Positions 17,454 through 27,474 of a stretch of 64,000 bases of DNA are shown here, in pieces (the stretch's first letter is position 1; each line of letters opens with the position of its first letter). The notes below the pieces were generated by a model, which saw only the letters and a list, made by a program, of their open reading frames with translations, had not been told where the DNA came from and did no database searches. The position numbers and the translations under genes are program-made. This DNA comes from Candidatus Altimarinota bacterium (GTDB taxonomy: Bacteria; Patescibacteriota; Gracilibacteria; CAIRYL01): assembly GCA_965250085.1 (NCBI GenBank), contig OZ252287.1, positions 64,001-128,000 of the forward strand, given 5' to 3'.

Positions 17454-20084
17454 ATGAAAAAAATAGCTTCTCCTAAGGGATTTTCCACTGTTTCACTCCT
17501 CATCATAGGATTGGTGATCCTTGGAATTATAGTCCTCCTTTTTGCAGGACTGGATAACATTCTGTTTCGAGGTGATATTACAGCACCGGACCCAGAGCCC
17601 ATAGGCCCCCCTCCTTCTGCTACGGTTCAATGTAGCACCTCATGTCAAAATCAACAGCTCGTTGCACAAGACACAGAGGTAGTAACTGTAAATGTCCCTC
17701 AGGGACCAGTATGTACTGGTGCGCGACCAGAAAGCCTCACGACTACCAACATGTCTGGAGAATTTATGGTGTTTGCCGATGGAGTACAGAATACGGACAG
17801 AGTATATTTTGCGGTCTTTTCTCTGGCAGATGAACAGGGAAGTGGCAGTAATACAGATGACAGACTTGTATACGAAGGAGAAGATCAGGGAAATGGAACA
17901 TGGAAAGCTACTATTTTGTTAGAAAACCATCCAACAACACCTGACAATCGTATCATTTTTGTACGAGCCTGGATGGACTATCCAGGAAATCAAAATGTAG
18001 AGTGTGGACGAGCAGATTTTGGAATAATCATTCTAGGAACGGGACCAACTTGTGTGCTCACCGCAAATCCGGCAACTATTAATGCTGGTGAAATAAGCAC
18101 ACTGAGCTGGGAAGTCTTCGGAAATGCAACTTCTGCAGTCATGAACCCAGATATTGGAACAATCGCTCTGCCAACCGGTTCTGCAGATGTATCTCCTACT
18201 GATACAACCAATTACACACTTACAGTCAGCAACGTCGACGGAAGTGGTTCTTGTTCAGTGCCAGTAACAGTTGGATCTCCACCAGGAGTTACTCTCTCTC
18301 TCACCAAAACGGTAGATCCTACATCTGCAAATCCTGGAGAAACACTGACCTATACCCTTGAATATAGTAATCAGGGTCCTGGAGACGCGACTGGTGTAAT
18401 CTTAGAAGATGATTTTGATGAGACAAAAATAACGAATATTGATGCTCCAGCAGAATGTTTGGAAGCTGGAGGAATCCTCACCTGTACTATTGGAGATCTT
18501 GCCAATGGAGAAACTGGTCAAATTGTCTATACAGCTGAAATTAAGTCAGATAATGCAATTTTCTTTGAAGGACCACCTGGTGGTGAATTTATTGACAATA
18601 CGGCAACACTTGATTCAGATCAGACAGATCCTATCTCTGACACGGCAAGGGTCACAGTACAGCCTGGCGGTTTGACTCTCGATAAGAGTGCTAACCCCGT
18701 GCGACTGGTGACCGGACAGCAGACAACCTATACCGTGGAAGTAATGAATCACTTTAATTCTTCACAGACCTTTACACTCCAAGATGTCCTTTCTAGTGGA
18801 AATAATGGTGGAACAATTACCATTAACGCCTCTAGCTATCAAGCAGTGTTTGATCCAATAAGTTCAGGAATATTTTCGGGAAATAATCCATTTACTATTA
18901 CGGATTTACAGCCTGGAGCAAAAGTAACGATCACATACACGGGAACTGCCAGTAACGCGGGAATTCCCGTTAATCAAGAATCGCTCTTTCCCAACACGGT
19001 TACCCTGGTAGAAACTGGTGAACAGGATAGTGCTGAAGTTGTAGTCATTGGACCCACACAAGGGACTCCACCAAGCACAGGTGGAGGCGGAGGCGGAGGC
19101 AGTAGAATCATTACAGCTGGTGTGGAATTGGACGTTATAAAAGAGGTACAAGACCGAGATGGACAATGGAAGGATGCAAATGAGATTGATTTCGCCGCAC
19201 TTGTTGCCAACACTCCTGAACAAGCAGTTCATTACCGAGTAAAGGTTACTAATTCTGGAAACATCAGCGGAGAAAATGTAGTGATCGAAGACGTATTTGA
19301 AAGTAGCACCTTAGAAAGACTTGAAATCGAAAATGTCAAAGGAGCTGAATATGATGATGAAGATGATACGTTCATGATTGATGAAATCAGATCGAATGAG
19401 ACCAAGACCATCACCTATGATATGAAACTTGAAAAAACTGGCTCATCTCAGCTTTCTGCCAGCGCGGTTAATACTGCAACCGTTACTGAAGCAGAAAACA
19501 GAAAAGGTCTACCTTTCCGTTATCGCCTCAAACCAGTAGAAGGAATAGGCGAAGATGATCCAGCGTATATTAAAACTGATGACAAAGCTCCTCCTCTAGA
19601 AAGGATTGATGTCAATCTCGACAAAAGTGTGAACAAAGCAGTCGTAAAACCAACCGAAGAAGTAGAATACACTATTCGCGTGAAAAATGTTTCTACCACT
19701 GATTTGCTGGATGTTGTGGTGACAGACCTTTTTCCCTTCAATTCTCTCGAATTTATATCCGCTAGTTCACGAGGAATTCAAAAGGATAATAAAATTGAAT
19801 ATAACAAGAGAATCCTGAGAATTGGAGAAGAATGGATCATTAAGGTCAAAGCAAAGGTTAAAGCAGGAGTACCAGCAGGAACTCATATTAGAAATATTGT
19901 GGCCATCAAAGCAAGTAATGCTGATCTCTCTGACAAACGAGATGAAACAGAAATTGAAACTATTGGTGGAACGACTCCAAAAAGGCTCCAAAGCACAGGA
20001 CCAGAAGAAATGGTAGCACTTATGCTCCTTGTTCTGGGATCACTGCTCTTTGTAACCGGAATACGCAAACGATACTGGTCATAA
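17454..20084 (+). CDS. DUF11 (isopeptide-type) multi-domain surface protein with a C-terminal sortase-like anchor
   Basis: Four DUF11-like domains (LTKT/LDKS...Y.....N...D...NT); N-terminus KGFSTVSLLII; C-terminus LQSTGP + TM + RKR. Confidence 0.85.
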   Translation: MKKIASPKGFSTVSLLIIGLVILGIIVLLFAGLDNILFRGDITAPDPEPIGPPPSATVQCSTSCQNQQLVAQDTEVVTVNVPQGPVCTGARPESLTTTNMSGEFMVFADGVQNTDRVYFAVFSLADEQGSGSNTDDRLVYEGEDQGNGTWKATILLENHPTTPDNRIIFVRAWMDYPGNQNVECGRADFGIIILGTGPTCVLTANPATINAGEISTLSWEVFGNATSAVMNPDIGTIALPTGSADVSPTDTTNYTLTVSNVDGSGSCSVPVTVGSPPGVTLSLTKTVDPTSANPGETLTYTLEYSNQGPGDATGVILEDDFDETKITNIDAPAECLEAGGILTCTIGDLANGETGQIVYTAEIKSDNAIFFEGPPGGEFIDNTATLDSDQTDPISDTARVTVQPGGLTLDKSANPVRLVTGQQTTYTVEVMNHFNSSQTFTLQDVLSSGNNGGTITINASSYQAVFDPISSGIFSGNNPFTITDLQPGAKVTITYTGTASNAGIPVNQESLFPNTVTLVETGEQDSAEVVVIGPTQGTPPSTGGGGGGGSRIITAGVELDVIKEVQDRDGQWKDANEIDFAALVANTPEQAVHYRVKVTNSGNISGENVVIEDVFESSTLERLEIENVKGAEYDDEDDTFMIDEIRSNETKTITYDMKLEKTGSSQLSASAVNTATVTEAENRKGLPFRYRLKPVEGIGEDDPAYIKTDDKAPPLERIDVNLDKSVNKAVVKPTEEVEYTIRVKNVSTTDLLDVVVTDLFPFNSLEFISASSRGIQKDNKIEYNKRILRIGEEWIIKVKAKVKAGVPAGTHIRNIVAIKASNADLSDKRDETEIETIGGTTPKRLQSTGPEEMVALMLLVLGSLLFVTGIRKRYWS

Positions 20085-20115
20085 GACAAGGAGTAAGAAT
20101 GAAACAGTAAGTAAT

Positions 20116-20148
20116 AAAAAAGGGCGATCCGACGAGATCGTCCTTTTT
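20116..20148. terminator. Bidirectional intrinsic terminator
   Basis: aaaaaa-gggcgatc-cgacga-gatcgtcc-ttttt between convergent genes. Confidence 0.8.
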
Positions 20149-20178
20149 GTCAAAAACCCGCCTGATGAGAACTTCTTT

Positions 20179-21903
20179 TTATGCGGCTATTTTGTCGAGA
20201 GTATTCAACGCTTGAGTACGACCCGTGTATTTTTTTCTTTGGTAGAATTGTCGTATTCCCTTTTGAATCTCGCTTTCTTCTCCATTTTTTGCAGAAGTAG
20301 AATTCTCAAGAGCTGCGCGTGTTTTCAAAATAGTACGCTCTAACGCTCTGGGAAATGAAAGTACTCTTCCAGATTCTTCAATTTTGGTTACCTTTTGATC
20401 AGCCACGTTTTTCTTGGCATCCCTTGCTTCTCTTTTGATCTCTTGGGACCTGATATAACTAGCTCTGTTATCCAGAGAAATTACTTCAGCTGATTCGGGG
20501 TCTCCCTTTGAAGAAGAGAGGGGAGTTTCAATTGCTTCCGGTTCGGATATATGGAGCTGTATTTCTTGTTTTCCTGTTTTTGTTTCTGTAATGGCTTCTT
20601 GCTCACTTTTTTCAATTTCTTCATATCCCAAGGGACCGATTTGTTCAGGAGTGTCGTCATAATGTCTTTTGATTTCCTGTACCGTCATATCTCTTCTGGT
20701 TTCTTTTCCTGCATCAAACTCATTTTGCCACGTCAAACTTGCCAGAAGAAAAGGGACCACGTACTCTCCTGCTTCTTGTAAAATCAAATCTTCTATCATT
20801 TCTTGTTTGTTTTTTTGCTCTGATCCGCCTCCAGAGTCAGAATTAATATTTTTTTGGCACTTTGTAATGTTTGCTTCTATCAATTCTTGTTCCTTCGTGA
20901 TTCCTTTTGTTGGTGAAGGATATTGTTTTGCCATGCTCAAAAGTCCCTGATGGGTGACCAAAGATTCTTGCCACTTCAGATTTTTCTCTGCAAATTCTCT
21001 GCTTTTTAGGAGATGCACTTCAAATGGTTCTGCTTTGAGTTCCAAGGTGCATTTTTTTATGTTTTCTCCTGCTCTGCGCTGTACTTGCTGCAAATCAGGT
21101 GTCAGAAGTCCTCCTTTTTGGATTTGAGAGAGTTCAGAAAGAAGTTGTGTATGTTTCCTGACAGATTCATCCCATGCAAATCCATTTTTTGGATGAGACC
21201 ATGCGTCCATATCTTTCATATACTCTTTTGCTCCTTCTTGTTGTGCAATCTTGAGATCTTTCTCAGTGACCTGAGCACACAATTCCGCATACTCGGCAGA
21301 CGCACCCTTCCCGTGTCGTAAACTTTGTAATCCTTTGAGGGTTTTTCCAAATACGGTAATAGAAGCCCTATAACCAAGGTTTTTATATGCCCTTTGTGCT
21401 GGTCGAAACAGAGTCCGAGCTTGAGCATGCCTTTTGAGCTCCAATTTTTCTTCTTGGTGTATTTCTGCTTCTATTTGATCTAATTCTGCAAGAATGCGCT
21501 TCGATATATTTTTTTCAACAAGCTTATCGCTGAGATATAAGTCACTTTTTTCAAGAGCTTCCAAGGCCTTTCTTCTCTTGATGCTTTCCTCAGAAATAAG
21601 GGATATTTCAGCACTGCTAATGGTCTTTTCTAAAAGACCTTTCACAATTTCTCTTTTTTGAGAAACTTTTTCTTTTATTTTATGCTGCCTTTCGAGGTCT
21701 TCTGTGCTTTTTTTTATATCCTTTATGGAAACCGAGCTTGCACCCTCTCTCAAGATATTTGCTACTTTCCGAGTCATTGTTCCCGACTGCACCATATGAT
21801 CGAGGAGGCGCACTTGATCTTGAATGGCTTGCTTTTTATCAGCATCGGACACATCTTTTGGTTCCTTAGTTTTCGATAATGGAGCTACTCCAATGGATGC
21901 CAT
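20179..21903 (-). CDS. Hypothetical charged/coiled-coil protein
   Basis: 574 aa ORF, rich in E/K/Q, no recognisable motif. Confidence 0.75.
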   Translation of the reverse strand: MASIGVAPLSKTKEPKDVSDADKKQAIQDQVRLLDHMVQSGTMTRKVANILREGASSVSIKDIKKSTEDLERQHKIKEKVSQKREIVKGLLEKTISSAEISLISEESIKRRKALEALEKSDLYLSDKLVEKNISKRILAELDQIEAEIHQEEKLELKRHAQARTLFRPAQRAYKNLGYRASITVFGKTLKGLQSLRHGKGASAEYAELCAQVTEKDLKIAQQEGAKEYMKDMDAWSHPKNGFAWDESVRKHTQLLSELSQIQKGGLLTPDLQQVQRRAGENIKKCTLELKAEPFEVHLLKSREFAEKNLKWQESLVTHQGLLSMAKQYPSPTKGITKEQELIEANITKCQKNINSDSGGGSEQKNKQEMIEDLILQEAGEYVVPFLLASLTWQNEFDAGKETRRDMTVQEIKRHYDDTPEQIGPLGYEEIEKSEQEAITETKTGKQEIQLHISEPEAIETPLSSSKGDPESAEVISLDNRASYIRSQEIKREARDAKKNVADQKVTKIEESGRVLSFPRALERTILKTRAALENSTSAKNGEESEIQKGIRQFYQRKKYTGRTQALNTLDKIAA

Positions 21904-22101
21904 GTGCAGAATATCTTTTTACAGGAGCTCAAGCATGCGTTTTTTTCACTCAAAAAACAAGGGAGGAAAATCAATTACGAATGACAAATTACGAATGCTC
22001 AATGCTAAAAAGCCAATACTCACAATTGACATCTCCTCTCGACAGAGGGAAATATTCCAGTATACTTCAAGGCACGAATATTCGTAATTTTTTGATTTTT
22101 T

Positions 22102-23340
22102 GTGGAAGAACCTCCGTCGCAGATACTCTTTGTTCTTGCCCTTCTCATTATTCTCTCCGGATTTTTTTCGGGCTCAGAAGCAGCGCTTTTGAGTATTGGG
22201 CGTGCCAAAGTACGGGCGCTTAGAGAACAAAAAAGGAGAGGGTCAAAAGCTCTTGAATGGCTCAAAAATCATCCCAAAAGACTCATTATCACTATCTTGG
22301 TGGGAAATAATATCGTCAATGTCCTGATATCTGTGTTGGCGACATTTTGGGCGACGAAAGCCTTTGGCAGTCATGTTTTGGGAATTGTTACCGGAATCCT
22401 CACGCTGCTCATTCTTGTTTTTGGAGAAATCATCCCCAAAAATATGGGACAACTTCATAATGAGAAGTTTTCTCTTTTCGTCGCTCCTATCCTCAGGATA
22501 CTTTCCAAATGCCTTTTCCCCATCGTGTGGACACTTGAAAAATTCTCAGACTCTATGGTGTCCAAAAAAAAACAAGACCCTATTACAGAAGATGAAGTTC
22601 TCGCCATGGTTTCTCTTGGCGCTGAAGGAGGAGCTATTGAAGACGAGGAGAAAGAACTCATCGAAAATGTACTCGAATTTACCGATACCATCACTGAAGA
22701 AGTCATGACCCCCAGAACAACGATGGAAGTGATGGAATCAGACACGACTCTCGCAGAAGCCATAGACTTCTTTATTACATACTCTCACTCTCGCATACCC
22801 ATTTATGAAGACACTATAGACAATATCATTGGCATCCTTACCATGAAACAAGCTCTGAAAGCCTGGAAACAAAATGAAAAAAATAAAATACTCAAAAATT
22901 TAGATCTCAAAAAACCACTTTTTATTCCTACAACCAAAAAAATTGCAAATGTCTTTCGAAGTTTTCAACTCCAAAGAATTCACATGGGAATAGCGGTAGA
23001 TGAACATGGTGGAACAGCTGGAATAATCACTATGGAAGATATTTTGGAGGAAGTCTTTGGAGAAATCATAGATGAAACTGATATAGACGATGTGCCTATT
23101 AAAAAAATAGCAGAAAATGCATGGATCGTATTGGCAGACATTCATTTACATGATTTGGAAGACAGAATTGGGATTGTGCTAGACACACAGGATTCAGAAA
23201 AGACAATATCCAGGTTTTTATTAGAGAAACACCAAGATATTCCAGAGAGAGGGGAAATAATAGAACTGGCCAATGTTCGCCTGGTAGTTGAAAAAATGGA
23301 TGGTCATAAAATAGAAAAAGTGAGAATTCTCAAAAAATAG
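22102..23340 (+). CDS. CNNM/DUF21-CBS-CorC (TlyC-like) membrane protein
   Basis: LSGFFSGSEAA, ILVGNNIVN, FGEIIPK, MTPR, HSRIPIY, VDEHGG..G..TMED. Confidence 0.93.
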   Translation: MEEPPSQILFVLALLIILSGFFSGSEAALLSIGRAKVRALREQKRRGSKALEWLKNHPKRLIITILVGNNIVNVLISVLATFWATKAFGSHVLGIVTGILTLLILVFGEIIPKNMGQLHNEKFSLFVAPILRILSKCLFPIVWTLEKFSDSMVSKKKQDPITEDEVLAMVSLGAEGGAIEDEEKELIENVLEFTDTITEEVMTPRTTMEVMESDTTLAEAIDFFITYSHSRIPIYEDTIDNIIGILTMKQALKAWKQNEKNKILKNLDLKKPLFIPTTKKIANVFRSFQLQRIHMGIAVDEHGGTAGIITMEDILEEVFGEIIDETDIDDVPIKKIAENAWIVLADIHLHDLEDRIGIVLDTQDSEKTISRFLLEKHQDIPERGEIIELANVRLVVEKMDGHKIEKVRILKK

Positions 23341-23382
23341 TTTTGTATTTCTAATTCAAAATTTAGAATTTATACTGGGGAC

Positions 23383-23790
23383 ATGAGACGTTCTTCTGAA
23401 CCACAAAATTTTACAGCGTCACTTCTTCTGATTGCAGGAATTGTAGCAACTGTGTATTTGCTATTTATTTTTTCTAACGCTCTCTGGAAATCTCAAAAAC
23501 AAGAGAGACTTTTTGCCGAATTCCAAGCAGAAATAGAGAGATTAGAAAAAGAGAATAGACAACTGGCAGAGAGATATGCCTTACAGCAAACGAAACAATT
23601 TATTGACCGGTATGCAAAAGCAAATTTAGGAAAAGTAAACACTGGGGAACAAGTCATTGTGCTTCCAGAAGAACAGGAAGAAAAAAAACTCAATTTTGAG
23701 GGACTTACTTCTGAAGAAATAGAACTCGAAATCCTGAAAAATCGTCCTATACGTGAGCAATGGTGGCATGTGTTTTTTGAGAAAGCATAG
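23383..23790 (+). CDS. Septum formation initiator (FtsB/DivIC-like)
   Basis: Single TM plus coiled coil, followed by AKANLGKVNTGEQVIV. Confidence 0.75.
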   Translation: MRRSSEPQNFTASLLLIAGIVATVYLLFIFSNALWKSQKQERLFAEFQAEIERLEKENRQLAERYALQQTKQFIDRYAKANLGKVNTGEQVIVLPEEQEEKKLNFEGLTSEEIELEILKNRPIREQWWHVFFEKA

Positions 23791-23886
23791 ATATGTTCAA
23801 TGAAATCATAGTTTGCTCAATCATTTAGTAAATACTTGACAAAAAGATTATTATATACAATAGTATATTTACTATATTCTCTTAAC

Positions 23887-24573
23887 ATGCGTCCATTAAT
23901 CAGACCCAGCACTCCGTTGCTCTATCAAGAATTGCAAACAGGCAGCGACCCGAGTAGTTCAAGGGGAGATCAGCAACCTGGTCAGGACTGGGAAGATCCC
24001 ACTCTTCGAAGAATAGGAAATTCACCGGAGGATGAGATAAGATACTATGATCAAGAGAACCAGACAATGAGATACTATGGTCCAGAGCTCTTGCAACAAC
24101 AAAAGGCTGAAACATTGATAATATTACACGAAGCTCTCGAAACTGCTTATAAAAAAGATGCTCATGAAGAATTTTCTGCAATAGATGAAAGCAATATTAC
24201 GATAAAATCCTTCGTTCAAGAGGCACAAAATTACAGAAAAATGAGAAGAACACTAGAGGCATCACGGATACTCCAGAAAGCTTTCTTACAATTTCCAAAT
24301 CATCACCTTGTTTTAGATGAGCTCGGTCACGTTGCATTGAAAATGAAAGAGTATCAGCTTGCAGAGAAATTTTTTATACGAGAGAGAGAGTTATATCCCC
24401 ATCTCATATGTACGTATGTATCACTTGCACGTTGCTCTATACAGCAAGGAAAATTTCAAGAAACAATTCAGCAAATTGGAGACGGACTTAGAATTGATCA
24501 TACAGATGAAGGACTGATGAACCTTCGCACACAATACAGAGAAGAACTGGAAAGATTCTCAAGAGTGGCTTAA
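23887..24573 (+). CDS. TPR-repeat protein
   Basis: C-terminal TPR-like helices (VLDELGHVALKMKEYQLAEKFF; YVSLARCSIQQGKFQE). ATG 23887 is preferred; the TTG at 23836 lies in a TTGACA box. Confidence 0.7.
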   Translation: MRPLIRPSTPLLYQELQTGSDPSSSRGDQQPGQDWEDPTLRRIGNSPEDEIRYYDQENQTMRYYGPELLQQQKAETLIILHEALETAYKKDAHEEFSAIDESNITIKSFVQEAQNYRKMRRTLEASRILQKAFLQFPNHHLVLDELGHVALKMKEYQLAEKFFIRERELYPHLICTYVSLARCSIQQGKFQETIQQIGDGLRIDHTDEGLMNLRTQYREELERFSRVA

Positions 24574-24726
24574 TACTTTTCTAAGTAAGACAGTCAGAGA
24601 ACTTCCTCTAAATCCAGTGTTTTTATGAATAAAAAATTTATTCTTGAATAATTTTGTTGAACACAACATACATTGACAACAGGTGATAATAAATTTAAAG
24701 TAAACAACTTTTCTGTTATTTTCTTC

Positions 24727-25368
24727 ATGAGAAAAAAAGAAATCATAACGTCAATAGTTCATCTGTTTGAAAAGCGGAACAATCCAACTGAAGTACAGAT
24801 TCAAAAAAACACAAGAGCACTTCTCGAAGAACATTTGTTGGAAGGAAATATCCAATTGGGAAAAGAAAGAGAGATTCCTTTAGATGATTTTCATAGAAGA
24901 CTTGCGAATATCCACGATCATGTTCGGAATCGTCAAGCAAGAGGAGAGGAACGTAGCACCAGACCAACAGTCTTCCCGCTTGATTTTCTGGAGAATGTAC
25001 TCGAAGGTTCCTGTCGTCTTGATAAAGAGGATGTTCTCCAATATGAGTCTTCAGCACAAGTCATGGGATATATTGCAGATTTTTTTCACAAAAAACATAA
25101 AAAAGGCGTTAATAGAGAAGGTATTAATACTCTCCGAGTAAATGTGTTACGGATTCTTGAGCATAATAGAACGGGGAATACTGTACATGTACGAATATCA
25201 AAAGGGATACAATCTATGTTCTTGTGGAAATTGTATCTATTGCTTCAGAAGAAACATGAAAAACAAAACGGAGAATCTCTGAGTGTTGAGGCACTAAGGG
25301 GAAGTTTGCCTCCACGAGAGCAGATCGAACACCTTTTACAACAAACGGAGACTCTCCAGAAGAAATAA
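24727..25368 (+). CDS. Hypothetical protein (orphan)
   Basis: ORF from ATG 24727; promoter TTGACA (24673), 17 nt, TAAAGT. Confidence 0.7.
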   Translation: MRKKEIITSIVHLFEKRNNPTEVQIQKNTRALLEEHLLEGNIQLGKEREIPLDDFHRRLANIHDHVRNRQARGEERSTRPTVFPLDFLENVLEGSCRLDKEDVLQYESSAQVMGYIADFFHKKHKKGVNREGINTLRVNVLRILEHNRTGNTVHVRISKGIQSMFLWKLYLLLQKKHEKQNGESLSVEALRGSLPPREQIEHLLQQTETLQKK

Positions 25369-25464
25369 TCGGGAGTCCTGATAATACGTAATGCATAAAA
25401 ATATTTTAAAAACATATGCAGGCGGGTATACTCACCCCTGTACTTTTTCTTTTTTATTTCTCTT

Positions 25465-25659
25465 ATGCTTCATAACCATGTTTACAACCTCATGATGCAG
25501 CTCATTGCAGAAAGTAAAAGTCTCAAACGTATTCAAGACGCGTATCAGACTGATGCTGGTGATTGTGATACGTGCAAGGATTTTTGGAAAAAATTGGCAG
25601 CAGAAAAAACTTCTAATATTGAAAAATTGACGAAGATGATTCAGGGACATCTCGAATAA
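25465..25659 (+). CDS. Small two-helix (half) ferritin-like protein
   Basis: NHVYNLMMQL..E.KSL.RI...Y..DA..C..C..FW: two-helix half-ferritin pattern, next to FTR1. Confidence 0.6.
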   Translation: MLHNHVYNLMMQLIAESKSLKRIQDAYQTDAGDCDTCKDFWKKLAAEKTSNIEKLTKMIQGHLE

Positions 25660-25780
25660 TATTCTTCTGTAATATAAAAGACAGAAAAATCTCTTGAGAT
25701 AGAGTGATTTTTGTCTATAGTGCATATAGTGTACAGGATACTTAGAGAGGTCTTCCATTGCTCAGTTCTTTTATAAATTT

Positions 25781-26584
25781 ATGATAGCTTCATTTTTGAT
25801 CACATTTCGGGAAGGGCTAGAAGCTGCTGTCATCGTGGGTATTTTGCTCTCGACACTTCGTATGATGGGAGCTTATAAGAAGGAAATATTTATTTGGATT
25901 GGTGCTTTGAGTGGAGTCCTTATGAGCTTTATTTTTGCTGCCACTTTTGAAGCCTTTTTTGGGGGTTTTACGGGAACTGCAGAAAAAATTTATGAAGGTG
26001 CCCTCATGTTTATTGGATTTGTGGTGATTACTCATGTCATTATTTGGCTTCGAAAATATGGAAGAACTTTTCGCAAGAAGATCGAAAAAGATGTTCAAAA
26101 AGCTCTCCAAAAAAAAGAAATTTGGATTATTGCAATACTGGCGTTTACCGCTGTGGTGAGAGAAGGAATAGAAACAGTTATTTTTCTCAAAGCACTGAGT
26201 ATCCAAAGTGAAGGAACACTCTCTCTTTGGGGCGGATTTTTGGGTCTGGTAGCTGCGGTAAGCTTGGCGGGAATTATTTTTTTGAGTTCTCGCAACATTT
26301 CTCCCAAAAAGTTCTTTCAAGTAACCGGATATCTTTTACTCTTTATTGCCGGAGGCTTGCTTGCTCATAGTGTTGTAGAATTCCAAGGAGCGGGAATACT
26401 GCCGACTGTTATGAAGCCGGTTTATAATTTAGAATCAATCTTGAGCGAAAAAGAAGGCATCGGATCGTTTTTAAAAGCGCTGTTTGGGTATGATTCAAAT
26501 CCATCATTATTCGCTGTTATTGCGTATATACTCTATTTTTCAATTCTTTTTTCCTTCTTTCACAGAGAGCAAAGAAGTGCTTGA
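25781..26584 (+). CDS. FTR1 family iron permease
   Basis: Two REGxE motifs (FREGLEA, VREGIET); about 7 TM. Confidence 0.93.
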   Translation: MIASFLITFREGLEAAVIVGILLSTLRMMGAYKKEIFIWIGALSGVLMSFIFAATFEAFFGGFTGTAEKIYEGALMFIGFVVITHVIIWLRKYGRTFRKKIEKDVQKALQKKEIWIIAILAFTAVVREGIETVIFLKALSIQSEGTLSLWGGFLGLVAAVSLAGIIFLSSRNISPKKFFQVTGYLLLFIAGGLLAHSVVEFQGAGILPTVMKPVYNLESILSEKEGIGSFLKALFGYDSNPSLFAVIAYILYFSILFSFFHREQRSA

Positions 26585-26681
26585 GATATATATCTTACGC
26601 GGTCCTATTTTCTTGCTGTTTACTGCTTTTTTTGAGGAGAAAAAGTATCTATTCATGAAAATTCCGTATTTTGAAAATATA

Positions 26682-26951
26682 TCAATTTTCGGTTTGATCT
26701 CCCCATCTCCATCTCAAATCTCCATCACACTTTTTTTCTGAAAAATAACTAAAGACTCCAATGAGAAGAAACAGGTCTAATAGAAATCTTAGAATATCTG
26801 ATCGCGTCGAGAGTCCATTTAATACCTGATTGATATGCGCTGAAGAAAACACCAAAAGAAGAAGAGCGACAGTCATCAACCATCCTTCCCAACTGACCGG
26901 CATAAAGCCCCAGCCGTATCTTTTTGGTTTGAACCAATATTTTTGAGACAT
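26682..26951 (-). CDS. Small 2-TM membrane protein
   Basis: WFKPKRYGWGFMPVSWEGW followed by two TM segments and WRWG. Confidence 0.75.
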   Translation of the reverse strand: MSQKYWFKPKRYGWGFMPVSWEGWLMTVALLLLVFSSAHINQVLNGLSTRSDILRFLLDLFLLIGVFSYFSEKKCDGDLRWRWGDQTEN

Positions 26952-26966
26952 GACTTTAAGGAAAAA

Positions 26967-27383
26967 TTAATTTTTCCCTCCTGCTTTGTGGTGCATATAA
27001 TAAGCTGCTACCAAAACAAGCAGAGAAGGGAGATACTCTGTGCCAACTTTTGCGGTATTTCCATTATATTGCTGCCCAAAAACAAAAGAGAGATATATGA
27101 GAGCAATACCAAGATATGCTTTTTTTGCATGAAAGTTGAACAGCAGCATTACACCAAAAATAAATTCTGCGGCAGGAATGATATACCCATATGCATACAA
27201 AAGTGCATGAGGAATCTCTGCAGAGAGAAGGTCTTCAGCAGCGACAAGTCCCTCGGCAAAACCACCATATCCCATTCGGAATTTCTTGACTGCTACCAGA
27301 ATAAAAAGCAGGGCAAAAGCAATACGAAGTATTGTTGCACCAAAGTATAAGGGATCTTTGAGAAGTTTCTTGATGTGTTTCAT
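26967..27383 (-). CDS. DoxX family membrane protein
   Basis: LRIAFALLF...KK, P.AEFIFG..LL; four TM. Confidence 0.75.
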   Translation of the reverse strand: MKHIKKLLKDPLYFGATILRIAFALLFILVAVKKFRMGYGGFAEGLVAAEDLLSAEIPHALLYAYGYIIPAAEFIFGVMLLFNFHAKKAYLGIALIYLSFVFGQQYNGNTAKVGTEYLPSLLVLVAAYYMHHKAGGKN

Positions 27384-27434
27384 AAGAAAAGAGATAAAAG
27401 AGAAAAATATTTTTTTGTATAATTTTCGAAAAAC

Positions 27435-27467
27435 AAATCCCCCTAACCCCCTTTTTCAAAGGGGGAA
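27435..27467. repeat. Family A hairpin unit
   Basis: aaatccccctaaccccctttttcaaagggggaa. Confidence 0.75.
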
Positions 27468-27474
27468 GATATTT

